Below, piece after piece: positions 19,268 to 28,929 of a stretch of DNA of 64,000 nt (position 1 is the first letter of the stretch; each line of letters starts with the position of its first letter). A model generated the notes under the pieces. It was not told the origin of the DNA. It was given only the letters and a program-made list of their open reading frames with translations, and ran no database searches. A program made the position numbers and the translations under genes. The DNA comes from an uncultured virus (IMG/VR IMGVR_UViG_3300009376_000004) (lineage: Duplodnaviria > Heunggongvirae > Uroviricota > Caudoviricetes): the IMG/VR virus record IMGVR_UViG_3300009376_000004; one strand, written 5' to 3'.

Positions 19268-19819
19268 ATGGCACTAATCAACGAGCAATCGCTGAGGACT
19301 TCAACCTTTAAGGGATTTGTTCAATTTCAGGATCCGGGAAGTGGATCATCATATTATCGAATGAAAGAAAGACAAGCATTTGGAATAACACTTAATTTTT
19401 CTTATTCAGAACATTACTCTGATAGTGGAGTAAAGGCTTTTGATCCTAGTGGATATAATCATACTTTCAATATGACATTAAAGGTAACTTCTGATATGAT
19501 TGATGATTCAGCACAGTCAGGAGATGCACCACAGGACGAGAAAACCATATCCTATTGGATTTACAAGGCAATTCGGAACGAACCATTAGATATTACATTT
19601 GTAGGAAAAATGGTCGCATTAAACGCACCATCAGGACAATCCAATGAGCATAGACTTTGGTACAAGTTTAAGGGTAGAGTTGATTCATTCTCTACTGGTT
19701 GGAGTGCATCAGGTGGAAGTCAAGATTGGGTTATGAGTGGCGATATATTAGAGATTAACGCTATTGAAAGAAGTGACAGCGATACGGAACCATCGGCTAC
19801 AACGAATTGGTTTCCTTAA
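19268..19819 (+). CDS. Probable major tail tube protein
   Basis: 183 aa, beta-rich, with YKFKGRVDSF near the C-terminus as in siphovirus tube proteins; own TATA promoter. Confidence 0.5.
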   Translation: MALINEQSLRTSTFKGFVQFQDPGSGSSYYRMKERQAFGITLNFSYSEHYSDSGVKAFDPSGYNHTFNMTLKVTSDMIDDSAQSGDAPQDEKTISYWIYKAIRNEPLDITFVGKMVALNAPSGQSNEHRLWYKFKGRVDSFSTGWSASGGSQDWVMSGDILEINAIERSDSDTEPSATTNWFP

Positions 19820-20346
19820 ATAGAGTTAAAATAACTGACTTAATGAGTGCAGTTCAGTTTAGAAGATTAGGATTAGCCCAAATAAGATTACAATATGTAG
19901 ATTTTATCAAAGAAAGATTGCGAATAAGATCGAGGCAGTTAATACTAACACCATTAAGGGCTAAAATGAGATCACATAATTTCTCAAATAAAATAGTTAT
20001 GAATACTGAAATTGCAGATATTAGACTTGTAGGGTTAAAAAAATTTAGGGTGGTAGTAAGATCAGAATATATCGTAGATGGATTTGATGTCGGTCTTGCG
20101 AGAGAAAAAGGAACGAGAGATCATTGGATATTTCCTGTTCATGCTAAAGCATTACATTGGCAGGGTAGAGGTAGAAATGTAAAATCAGGCAGATATGAAC
20201 GTCAGGATAAATTCTCTAAGGGACATGAAGTTTCAGGTATGCCAAGATTGATGCTTATACGCAATACCTTAGAAGAACAAAGCCCAAAAGTTAGGAGGGC
20301 AGTGAAAAGGGATCTTAAATTATGGATGGCTAAAATACTAGCATAA
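19807..20346 (+). CDS. Neck/tail completion protein (HK97 gp10-like)
   Basis: Basic; EKGTRDHWIFP..KALHW..V.G.P motif typical of gp10-like proteins. Confidence 0.65.
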   Translation: MVSLNRVKITDLMSAVQFRRLGLAQIRLQYVDFIKERLRIRSRQLILTPLRAKMRSHNFSNKIVMNTEIADIRLVGLKKFRVVVRSEYIVDGFDVGLAREKGTRDHWIFPVHAKALHWQGRGRNVKSGRYERQDKFSKGHEVSGMPRLMLIRNTLEEQSPKVRRAVKRDLKLWMAKILA

Positions 20347-20380
20347 AAATATTTAAACACTTCAAACGACTTTATTAGAC

Positions 20381-21307
20381 ATGGTTGATGAGGAAGAAGA
20401 TCTAGATATTCTAGCCGAAGATGAATTAATAGAATTAGAGATTAAAGCTGAAAAGGCAGAAGAATTAGCCCAAAGGATCGTAACTTCCAAACAAACAATA
20501 GATGATGGAGTAGAAGAAATTGAGGGTGCTATGCCGAGAGGTTGGGGATCAAGTGGAGGAGCACCGATTGGTGGAGGATCAGAAGGAAAATTATTAGGAT
20601 TTAAAAAAGCTAAACAGATTGGTGGTGGAGTACAGCGAGGCGGAGATTCAAGAAGTAGAACACCAGCTTCTAGGGAATCATGGGCAGAAAAACAAAAAGA
20701 GATAGAAGAAAGAATTGCCGAATTGGAAAAACTCCAACAAGAAGATATTGAGATAGATGAAAACCAAGAAGGTAGGCTTGAACAAAATGAAAAATTAGAT
20801 GATATACAAGAAGCAAAAATAAAAGAGATACAAGAAAAATTAAAAGATATACAAAGTAAAGCAAACCAAATGAAACAAAAGACAAGTCAGATGATGCAGA
20901 TATTTGGAAAAGGAGGTAAAGGCGTACCGAATATGCTGACCAAAGGAATACAAGGAAAGATGTTAGGTATGATTGGAAAACTTGGAGGTCCTTGGGGAAT
21001 GATTATAGCATTTTTGATAGAGTTTGCGATTACCTACATTACAATGATGTATAATTTTATCATGGGCGAAATAAAAGGAATGTTTAAACCGGGAGGAATT
21101 TATGACGTTAGAAAATTAGTTAGAGATGAAGCAAAACAATATCAAGACTTGGAAAACTTGATGAAGATAAGACATGGTGAAGTTTTTTTCACATCAAATA
21201 CAAGTGAAATTCTTAGACAGGGAACACCTACTGGAACTACATATATACAGCAGATGGGAGAATCAATGCAACAATATATAAAAACACATGATACGGATGT
21301 TGAATAA
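20381..21307 (+). CDS. Short tape-measure-like protein (coiled coil plus Gly-rich hydrophobic helix)
   Basis: Long heptad region, then LGGPWGMIIAFLI; precedes distal-tail/hub-like genes. Confidence 0.5.
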   Translation: MVDEEEDLDILAEDELIELEIKAEKAEELAQRIVTSKQTIDDGVEEIEGAMPRGWGSSGGAPIGGGSEGKLLGFKKAKQIGGGVQRGGDSRSRTPASRESWAEKQKEIEERIAELEKLQQEDIEIDENQEGRLEQNEKLDDIQEAKIKEIQEKLKDIQSKANQMKQKTSQMMQIFGKGGKGVPNMLTKGIQGKMLGMIGKLGGPWGMIIAFLIEFAITYITMMYNFIMGEIKGMFKPGGIYDVRKLVRDEAKQYQDLENLMKIRHGEVFFTSNTSEILRQGTPTGTTYIQQMGESMQQYIKTHDTDVE

Positions 21308-21861
21308 TGGCTAATGCACATTTATTTTTCAGAACAGTAAGCACACCGAAAAGTAATGCTCTTTATGATACTTCGGCAAAAATGTTAGCAAGAGCAAATA
21401 GTGATACGCATACTGATTTGGGTTATACACTTCAAGTCAATAAACAGGTATTGGCTTTTGATATTTCTGATTACATATTGGAAAGTATAGGAGAGAGTTA
21501 TTCTAATAACATAATTGATCTTCCTGTTCCTACAAGTGATGGTACGAGAAAAATAAATAAACAAGAAAATGGATTGCGATCTAAATCCCTTACAATAAAA
21601 GGAATATTCAGAAATGCTTCAGGTTCTGATATAGAAAAACTAGAAAGAATGAGGCAAATTCCACAGGTAGATGCTACTCATAAATTTGGTGTCATAGGAT
21701 TTTATAGTCCTAATGCAACAAGATTTTCCTTAGATCCAGATGGCGATGCAGGTTATACGATAACAGATACAATGATAGGATTTGTAAGTGGTTCTCAAAA
21801 GAAATATGATTTTCAGGTGACTTTAAGTTTCGGTGGAACAGTTGCATCAATAGGTGGTTAG
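21307..21861 (+). CDS. Probable distal tail protein
   Basis: GLRSKSLTIKG motif and YDFQVTL C-terminus; position after the tape measure. Confidence 0.45.
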   Translation: MANAHLFFRTVSTPKSNALYDTSAKMLARANSDTHTDLGYTLQVNKQVLAFDISDYILESIGESYSNNIIDLPVPTSDGTRKINKQENGLRSKSLTIKGIFRNASGSDIEKLERMRQIPQVDATHKFGVIGFYSPNATRFSLDPDGDAGYTITDTMIGFVSGSQKKYDFQVTLSFGGTVASIGG

Positions 21862-24800
21862 ATTGGCATATTATACTGACAGTATATTTCTATTGGATAG
21901 AATGAGTGGAACAAATTCACAAATTTCTAGAACACCTGCAAGTGCATTGACATCTACAATGACAGGTACTACTACTGGTGATATGAAACCTTGGAGAATA
22001 AGAATGGAATTAACTCATCATGGTATAAGTGAATTTAATCGAGGAACGTTAATCTTACGAATGGATGAGAATAAGACTTTCATTAATACGGGTCCCATTC
22101 TCACAGATGAAAATGCAAAAAATAATTACATAATTGAATGTAAAATTTCTCAAAACATAGGTGGTTCAAACGTTGATGGAAAAACCTTTCAATTTCAGAT
22201 AAAAGGGTGTTCAATAGATGTTGATAAGCATAAGGGATCAATCATCATTTTGGAATTAGTAGAGATACAAGTTAGGTTATCAGAATCGGTTACTACGAAA
22301 AGAAATTTGTTTATTACTCCAAAAGATGAATTTACGAGAAGATTAATTGATTTTAATTATTTTCAAAACTCAAAGTATGAAGCAGGTTCTCCAAACGTAA
22401 ATATGATACTTACAGCTTGTGGTGAAGATGATTATAGTGATTGTACAGGAGATAAAAAAATAGCATTACCATTTTCAGATAATCTAAAACAAAACTATAC
22501 TCCTGTCGGATTAGAAACGTATCATGAATTGATGATAGAATGTATAAAACGATTATCTAATGAGGAAACTATTGGTGGTGTATTCACAGATTTTTATTTT
22601 GACTTTGAAGCTACTTCGGCAACAAACACAATGAAATGTTTCGCAGAAGAATTTGGTGGAGTAGATAGTGGGATAACATTAGATCCAAAAGCCATTGATA
22701 CGATAGATGCGACAAAATCTCAACAGGCATCAATCAACCACGTTAAATTCAAGAATCATGTATTGATTAAAGGTTCTACTAATTCTGGAACATTACCTAT
22801 GGAAGAATGTAGATATGCTTCAATATTAGAACACGCACTGCTAAGACCTAAATGGGATTCTGGTACAGCTTATAGAGTAAATGCACAAGTAAAAGTTTTA
22901 ACTACCTTTACAGGAACATCAATTACAAATTGGACTTCAAAGCCACAAACAATCGTAAGATATTACAAGTGCATACAAAATAGATCGGCTACTTCTACCA
23001 CGCCTGATCAAGATACAAGTTATTGGCAAGAAGATTTTGTAAATATAACTCCCTTTGATAAGTATGGTAGGTATGATATGGATGATGTGGTATATTTCAA
23101 AGTTGGAAGCACAGTAAAATTTTATCGAGCAGAAAAAAGTATAATGACGATATCATTAAAGACATTAAGAAAGGCTAATCCTCTTAATCCTGATGATTTG
23201 GAACCTACTGATAGTGCAAGTCATTGGGAAGATCTTACAACAGGTAGTAGCCCAAAAATAGCTAGTCGTTCATTTGGAACAGTTACAGTTGGTGGTACTG
23301 ATTATGACAGTTTCGTGGATTTTGAAAGTCCTAACCCTTGGACTAATGATATTTTTGATTGGGAAAAAAGTCTAGCAGGTCTTGAAAGTGGAAGTTTGCC
23401 AGAAGATTCAGGCGACTTCGTAGGATTCGCACAAGATTGGAATATAGCAAGAGTAGTTCATTCTAAAGAAGATTATACAGATAGGTTTCGTCAGGTAACA
23501 GCAAAACCAGTTTATAAAATGTTTGTAAATAATCCTACTGAATTAAATGCGAAAGAAATTTTTGATGGTCAAAGGGTTGTTGTCGGACAAAGCCCAGCTG
23601 GTGATTTTGATCCAAATAATAATAATGAGCATAAATCCAAAGTGGCAGAATATGTAAAGGAACCTGTTGAGGGTGGCGCAGGTTGGTTTTTTTCTAAATC
23701 ACCAGAAGATAATGATACTGTGTTGGATATGGGTAGAGGAGCAGTATTTCGTTATGATGGATCTGCACAGGCTTGGGAAATTAAATGGAATATACAAGGC
23801 ACAGGCAGTAGCCCACTTGTTCCAGAAAATAAAAATATGCCATTCCATTTGGTTTGGGATATTTACAAAGGTCCTGATTCTACTGGATTACCTAATCAAG
23901 CGATAGAGTTTAGATACTGTTGGAAAAGAACGGAGGGAAGTATTGCTGGTGGCGATTTAAAAATTTATGGTGCTAATAGTAGAGGTTGTTGGATAAATCA
24001 ATGGTTTCCATTTCCTAGAATGGATTCTACGAATGGCGATCTAGGTTATCAATTTGGTGGTAATGGTTCTACAAGTGGGACGAAGTTTTGTATGCTATCT
24101 TCATATAATGACAAGTCCGATAGAACAGGAAACGTAGCAGGTTGGAATAACGGAAAAAATTCAGAGGATATGGGAAAGATTAGTGGATTAGAAATGTTTG
24201 TAAAAGTTGGATTTTGGAATGCGTCAGTAGGAGAGGATCTAGATTCAAGTGGAACATATAATGAAGCAGGTACGGGTGGTAGTCCATATACAGGTCATAT
24301 GAAAGACTTGGAGTTCAATCCTTTCAGTTCTTCAGGTCCTACTATAACAAGAACAGTTACAGGAGATAATATGGGTAATATTAAAATGGTATTTTGGTGT
24401 ATTGATAAATTTGATAGGATTTGGAATTATAGATTCCAGATTCCACGAAACAATGAATATCATAGATTGGTAATTCCATTTGGACATATGGCAGGTGGTG
24501 GTACAAGAAACTTATATTTTGGTAAATGGAATAGACTTCCAATGATGTTAGATTATACCTTAGCCAATCTAGATTTTACATTGAAAGAGAAAGAGCATAC
24601 AGGTGCAGGTTTTGATTGGAGATTTGTAAAAGGTTGGGGACTTCAAACCGAGATGGGATATAACATGAGCATAGGCGATTATAATGGTGGATCAATTATG
24701 TATCAAGAAGCATTTACACAACAAGTGATGCATCACGTTCAATCGGTCGTCAATATCGCAACAGATCTTTCTACATATGCTATCAATGGAATTAGTTGGA

Positions 24801-25267
24801 TAAAAGAACAATTATTTGGTAGTGGCAATACAAATCCACCAGCTAATACAGAACCAGTAGTGTTAAACCATCAGAATAGTGTCATTGATTGGAGTACGAT
24901 AGCAATATGTAATTTGCACTTTAAGAAAGAATTGATTGTAAGTTCAGATGACGATGCAGTTGGAGGTGCTAGAACAATTATTCATAATAAGAGTGATGAA
25001 TTTGATTATATCAATGCAAAACTTCATGCAAAGGCAAAAAGAGCAAGAGCATCATTTTATCCTCAAACGTGGAATATGACAACAAATGGAGATGTTAGAA
25101 TGAAATTTGGTCAATCATTCAAGATAAAGGGAGATAGAGTTCCGAATAAAGATGCCAATCAAGATTATATTACTATGGTTTGTAAAAGAGTTGTTCATAC
25201 AATAGACCATGAGGGCTATACAATGCAGGTAGTAGGACAAAAGAAGTTCCTAACAACAGGGGATTAG
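21854..25267 (+). CDS. Large tail tip/baseplate hub protein with carbohydrate-binding-like inserts
   Basis: C-terminal GDVRMKFGQ..VVHTID..YTM hub motif; WDSGTAY..YYKC..TPDQD..W CBM-like repeats. Confidence 0.55.
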   Translation: MVRLAYYTDSIFLLDRMSGTNSQISRTPASALTSTMTGTTTGDMKPWRIRMELTHHGISEFNRGTLILRMDENKTFINTGPILTDENAKNNYIIECKISQNIGGSNVDGKTFQFQIKGCSIDVDKHKGSIIILELVEIQVRLSESVTTKRNLFITPKDEFTRRLIDFNYFQNSKYEAGSPNVNMILTACGEDDYSDCTGDKKIALPFSDNLKQNYTPVGLETYHELMIECIKRLSNEETIGGVFTDFYFDFEATSATNTMKCFAEEFGGVDSGITLDPKAIDTIDATKSQQASINHVKFKNHVLIKGSTNSGTLPMEECRYASILEHALLRPKWDSGTAYRVNAQVKVLTTFTGTSITNWTSKPQTIVRYYKCIQNRSATSTTPDQDTSYWQEDFVNITPFDKYGRYDMDDVVYFKVGSTVKFYRAEKSIMTISLKTLRKANPLNPDDLEPTDSASHWEDLTTGSSPKIASRSFGTVTVGGTDYDSFVDFESPNPWTNDIFDWEKSLAGLESGSLPEDSGDFVGFAQDWNIARVVHSKEDYTDRFRQVTAKPVYKMFVNNPTELNAKEIFDGQRVVVGQSPAGDFDPNNNNEHKSKVAEYVKEPVEGGAGWFFSKSPEDNDTVLDMGRGAVFRYDGSAQAWEIKWNIQGTGSSPLVPENKNMPFHLVWDIYKGPDSTGLPNQAIEFRYCWKRTEGSIAGGDLKIYGANSRGCWINQWFPFPRMDSTNGDLGYQFGGNGSTSGTKFCMLSSYNDKSDRTGNVAGWNNGKNSEDMGKISGLEMFVKVGFWNASVGEDLDSSGTYNEAGTGGSPYTGHMKDLEFNPFSSSGPTITRTVTGDNMGNIKMVFWCIDKFDRIWNYRFQIPRNNEYHRLVIPFGHMAGGGTRNLYFGKWNRLPMMLDYTLANLDFTLKEKEHTGAGFDWRFVKGWGLQTEMGYNMSIGDYNGGSIMYQEAFTQQVMHHVQSVVNIATDLSTYAINGISWIKEQLFGSGNTNPPANTEPVVLNHQNSVIDWSTIAICNLHFKKELIVSSDDDAVGGARTIIHNKSDEFDYINAKLHAKAKRARASFYPQTWNMTTNGDVRMKFGQSFKIKGDRVPNKDANQDYITMVCKRVVHTIDHEGYTMQVVGQKKFLTTGD

Positions 25268-25268
25268 A

Positions 25269-27008
25269 ATGTCATACGATTTACCAACAGGAGATGAAGC
25301 AATAAAATCTCTAAGGAGAGAATTAGAAATACTTAGGGAATCAATACCTGTAAATACTTTCTTTATTGGTCAAGAACAAGGACATACTGGTACAGGTCAA
25401 TTATCAGATTCAGGTTCAATAGATACAGGAATCACAACATATCATCCGTCACATGAAACATTGATCAATACTAATCAGTTACAAGTAACAGCAACAACGA
25501 TAATAGTAGATGGTAGCGGAAATGATTTAGAATTACAAACCCTCATTGGTACTCAATATAATGGACAGATTTTAACATTAAAACCAAAAGAAGGTAAGAC
25601 CTTAACTCTGAAAAGTGGTGGAAATATTGATACGTCTAGTGATATAGAAATATCTGATACAGAATTTACAATATTACAGTATTTTGAAGATGCTACTGCA
25701 ACAGCTAATGAGGGAAATTATCTTATCTTAAATTCTAGTGGAGGTGGAAGTAGTGGTGTTGCATTGGGAGATACACCAACATGGACAGGTAATCATATAT
25801 TTCAAGAAGATGTTGAAATAGGAACTGGAACAGATGATTTACTTACAATAAAGTCAGCAATAAAAGGTCATACAGTAAATATATCAGATGTGGGAAATAC
25901 TGCCGATACAGTATTCGTAGATGCCAATCTTGACATGAATACTTGGAATATTTATGATTTGGATTCTCTTTACTTTAGTGTAGGATCAAGTTCAACAAGT
26001 CCAGCACATGATACAGCTTCATATTCAATAGATGCTACGGATTCTGGCAGTAATGAATCTTTGAATTTCTATACAAAGAGTGGTAAGGACTTTAAATGGT
26101 TTGAGGGCGGAAGTGAAAAATTCAGATATGATGGTGCAGATGACGAATTAAGAATGAGTGTAAAAATAGATATGAATACTAATAGAATTGAAAATTGTGG
26201 AGATCCAGTGAATAACAATGATGTAGTAAATAAACAATGGTTTAATGCCAATCAAAGTGGCGGAATATCTGCAAGTGATGATGTAACTTGGACAGGCGAT
26301 CACATATTTCGTGGTGGAAATAATTCGCCTGTAAAGTTTCAGGGAGATAATACCGACAGTGTTCAAACTGTTGCAGAGTTAGGAAGTGAGGGTAGCCATA
26401 TTGTAAAAATTGTTGGAGAGATACATGGGGTATCACCATGGGAGGATATGCAAAATCCTGACGGAAGTGGTCAAAACAATTATGATATACCATCTAATGG
26501 TGCAGGACTTAATGTTGATACCTCATTAATTTTAAACACCCATAATATTTATGATATAGATCAATTAGTATTTGCAAGAGGAACATCATCACTTACCCCT
26601 ACATGGGAAGCAGATCATATTGGACTTGAGTTCACGCAAGATAATTCATACAATGATACAGGTTTGGGCTATCATGTTGATACAGGACTAAGACACAGAT
26701 TCTTTGTATATAATAATGAAATATTGACCATTGATAATAATGGAATTACTGCTGGTGGAGATGCAGGAAAAATAGGAATCCATGTTTCAGAAAGCACTGG
26801 TAAAGGAACAAAAGGACAGATGGAAATTCCGTATGCTTATGGAAGTTCATATCCAAGTAATTCTGATCTAGATAGCTGGTTTGGAGATGAAAGTGGTAGC
26901 ATAGGCGTTTTTAGAAATAGTAATAGTAGTCTTAATAGTGGAAAAGATAGATTTTATTTTAATGGGTTTGATGGGTGGAATTATATAGATTCAGACGGAC
27001 TAGCATAA
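25269..27008 (+). CDS. Tail fibre/receptor-binding protein
   Basis: Gly/Ser/Thr/Asp-rich; duplicated TWTG(N/D)HIF and NIYD(L/I)D blocks; DMNTNRI..DPV..DVVNKQ neck-like motif. Confidence 0.65.
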   Translation: MSYDLPTGDEAIKSLRRELEILRESIPVNTFFIGQEQGHTGTGQLSDSGSIDTGITTYHPSHETLINTNQLQVTATTIIVDGSGNDLELQTLIGTQYNGQILTLKPKEGKTLTLKSGGNIDTSSDIEISDTEFTILQYFEDATATANEGNYLILNSSGGGSSGVALGDTPTWTGNHIFQEDVEIGTGTDDLLTIKSAIKGHTVNISDVGNTADTVFVDANLDMNTWNIYDLDSLYFSVGSSSTSPAHDTASYSIDATDSGSNESLNFYTKSGKDFKWFEGGSEKFRYDGADDELRMSVKIDMNTNRIENCGDPVNNNDVVNKQWFNANQSGGISASDDVTWTGDHIFRGGNNSPVKFQGDNTDSVQTVAELGSEGSHIVKIVGEIHGVSPWEDMQNPDGSGQNNYDIPSNGAGLNVDTSLILNTHNIYDIDQLVFARGTSSLTPTWEADHIGLEFTQDNSYNDTGLGYHVDTGLRHRFFVYNNEILTIDNNGITAGGDAGKIGIHVSESTGKGTKGQMEIPYAYGSSYPSNSDLDSWFGDESGSIGVFRNSNSSLNSGKDRFYFNGFDGWNYIDSDGLA

Positions 27009-27039
27009 GTTTTATTAGTAAAGAAGTGAAAGATAAATT

Positions 27040-27222
27040 ATGTCGGAAAACCAACCTACTGTGGATAGCATATTAAGTGGATATTTCGGAAATCAGGCTA
27101 AAAATAACCAAGTATTACTGAATGTGATAGATATCATAGTAAGACAAGCTAAGGTATCAGAACAAAATTATCAAAACGCATTAAAAGAGATAGAAAAATT
27201 AAAGAAAGGTAAGAATAAATAG
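27040..27222 (+). CDS. Small coiled-coil protein
   Basis: 60-aa ORF with TATA-like TTTATTAG 29 nt upstream. Confidence 0.55.
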   Translation: MSENQPTVDSILSGYFGNQAKNNQVLLNVIDIIVRQAKVSEQNYQNALKEIEKLKKGKNK

Positions 27223-27264
27223 AGTTCTAAAGATATAAATATCTAGATATATAGATATTTAGTT

Positions 27265-28011
27265 ATGAAGACAGTAATAGCTTCCATAATGGCATTAGTC
27301 TTAGTAATGTCAGTAAGCTACGCATACGCTGATTCTTATACTGTCGAGATGACAGAAAATGGATTTAGCCAAACAAGTCTTTCTATCGCAGATGGTGATT
27401 CTGTAACGTTTGTTAATACACATATGAAAGCAAACGGAAACTTAGAACCTCACGCAATAAGTGATCCATTCGCAAATCCATATACTGAAAGCAGTTATTG
27501 GATCCTAGACAATTCAACACCAAGTCAAACATATACGCTGAATTGTGATGGATATGAGTTCTTTGACAGGTTCTTTGATGTTCCCTCAATAACCATTGAG
27601 TGTGGAGTATCAGTTCCAGAATACACAGGCGAATACACACTTCTATCATTACAAGAAGAATTGGCAGAAATTACTGCTGATCTTAACGTAGCAATAGAAG
27701 AAGCAGGTATTTTGCAGAACAGTATAACCAATCTGAATGGAATCATATCAGATCTACAAGATGATATTTCCGAAAGAAATACAACAATAGCCAATTTAGA
27801 GGCACAACTGACACAAGTAGAATTAACAAGTAATTCTGAAGTAACAGGATTACAAAGTATAATCTCTACATTAGAAACATCTAATGACAATCTAGAATCG
27901 GAAAAGGCAGATCTCATTATTGAGAGAGATGGTTGGAAACAGCTATCTGATAATTGGTATGCAGTAGCACTCGAACAAGTTAGGGTAATGGTTGAAGTTC
28001 TCGGACTTTAA
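27265..28011 (+). CDS. Exported cupredoxin-like domain plus coiled-coil protein
   Basis: Signal peptide ending AYA; VEMTENGFSQ.LSI..GDSVTFVN..PHAI plastocyanin-like pattern; long C-terminal heptads. Confidence 0.65.
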   Translation: MKTVIASIMALVLVMSVSYAYADSYTVEMTENGFSQTSLSIADGDSVTFVNTHMKANGNLEPHAISDPFANPYTESSYWILDNSTPSQTYTLNCDGYEFFDRFFDVPSITIECGVSVPEYTGEYTLLSLQEELAEITADLNVAIEEAGILQNSITNLNGIISDLQDDISERNTTIANLEAQLTQVELTSNSEVTGLQSIISTLETSNDNLESEKADLIIERDGWKQLSDNWYAVALEQVRVMVEVLGL

Positions 28012-28019
28012 TCATTCCT

Positions 28020-28030
28020 ATTTTTTTTTT
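28020..28030 (+). terminator. Oligo-T archaeal terminator ending the structural block
   Basis: Run of about 10 T just after the stop at 28011. Confidence 0.6.
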
Positions 28031-28091
28031 AATAATCAGTTATGAAAAAACAGTAACTTAGCTTACGAGAGTATATGTATCAGTTTATTTA

Positions 28092-28316
28092 ATGAATAGT
28101 ATGACAACAATGACAAGTAAGAGAGGAACATCAACCACAAAAGATGATGGATTAGTTTTTGGTAAGAAATCTTCAGTATTACCTAAGAATGAAACAATCA
28201 CGACTAATCGTGGAACAGAAGTAGTCAAGACGAAAGATATTCCTACACAGAAAAAAGTTAGCTTGAAAGGGCAAACAATATCCGTTAAGCGAGGAACGGA
28301 CAGTATAATCCTCTAA
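28092..28316 (+). CDS. Small basic protein with three (K/N)RGT repeats
   Basis: TSKRGTST, TTNRGTEV, SVKRGTDS; followed by a T-tract. Confidence 0.55.
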   Translation: MNSMTTMTSKRGTSTTKDDGLVFGKKSSVLPKNETITTNRGTEVVKTKDIPTQKKVSLKGQTISVKRGTDSIIL

Positions 28317-28368
28317 TCTTTTTTATTTCAATACAAAAGATTATATATCTTTAATTCTATATTTCATT

Positions 28369-28554
28369 ATGCAAAAGATGAATCTTTCAAAAGACAAAAT
28401 AGTTGCCATAGATCCTGACTTTCATAAAGCGTTGATTTTAGCATCAGCACATGATCCTAATGGTCGTTCTATGAAAGGAATAACGCAAGAAGCATTGTTG
28501 AAAGATACCGTTTTTAGCAAACAATACAAAGCTCTAAAAGGAGGTAAAGTGTAA
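28369..28554 (+). CDS. Ribbon-helix-helix-like regulator
   Basis: VAIDPDFHKAL..GRSMK..QEAL pattern; TTATATAT 28 nt upstream. Confidence 0.5.
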   Translation: MQKMNLSKDKIVAIDPDFHKALILASAHDPNGRSMKGITQEALLKDTVFSKQYKALKGGKV

Positions 28555-28929
28555 ATGGGTTCTAAGATGGAATCTCAATACGATGGAAAATGTCAAAAGT
28601 GTGGCAAGAGTTGGACAAAGGGAAACTCGATTTTTTATCAAAAAGGCGATGGCACTGATGCAAATCCAAAATTGGTTTGCACAGATGAACAATGCTTTAA
28701 GATGAATGGTGGAACAATTTCCGAGTTCAATCCTAATTTCAAAAAAGGAGGAAGCACTTTTCAGGCAAAACCAGTCAAGACTATTGAGCAAAAGATGGCA
28801 GATATTGATGTAGCATATGCACACGCATTATCTATGTTAAAAGACTTTCAATCAAAAGTTGGAAGTATAAGTCCAAGTGAATCTGCAATTTTCATAGAAA
28901 GCATGACACGAACAACAATTCAGGTATGA
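28555..28929 (+). CDS. Zn-binding hypothetical protein in the recombination operon
   Basis: YDGKCQKCG..VC....C; coupled to radA. Confidence 0.6.
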   Translation: MGSKMESQYDGKCQKCGKSWTKGNSIFYQKGDGTDANPKLVCTDEQCFKMNGGTISEFNPNFKKGGSTFQAKPVKTIEQKMADIDVAYAHALSMLKDFQSKVGSISPSESAIFIESMTRTTIQV

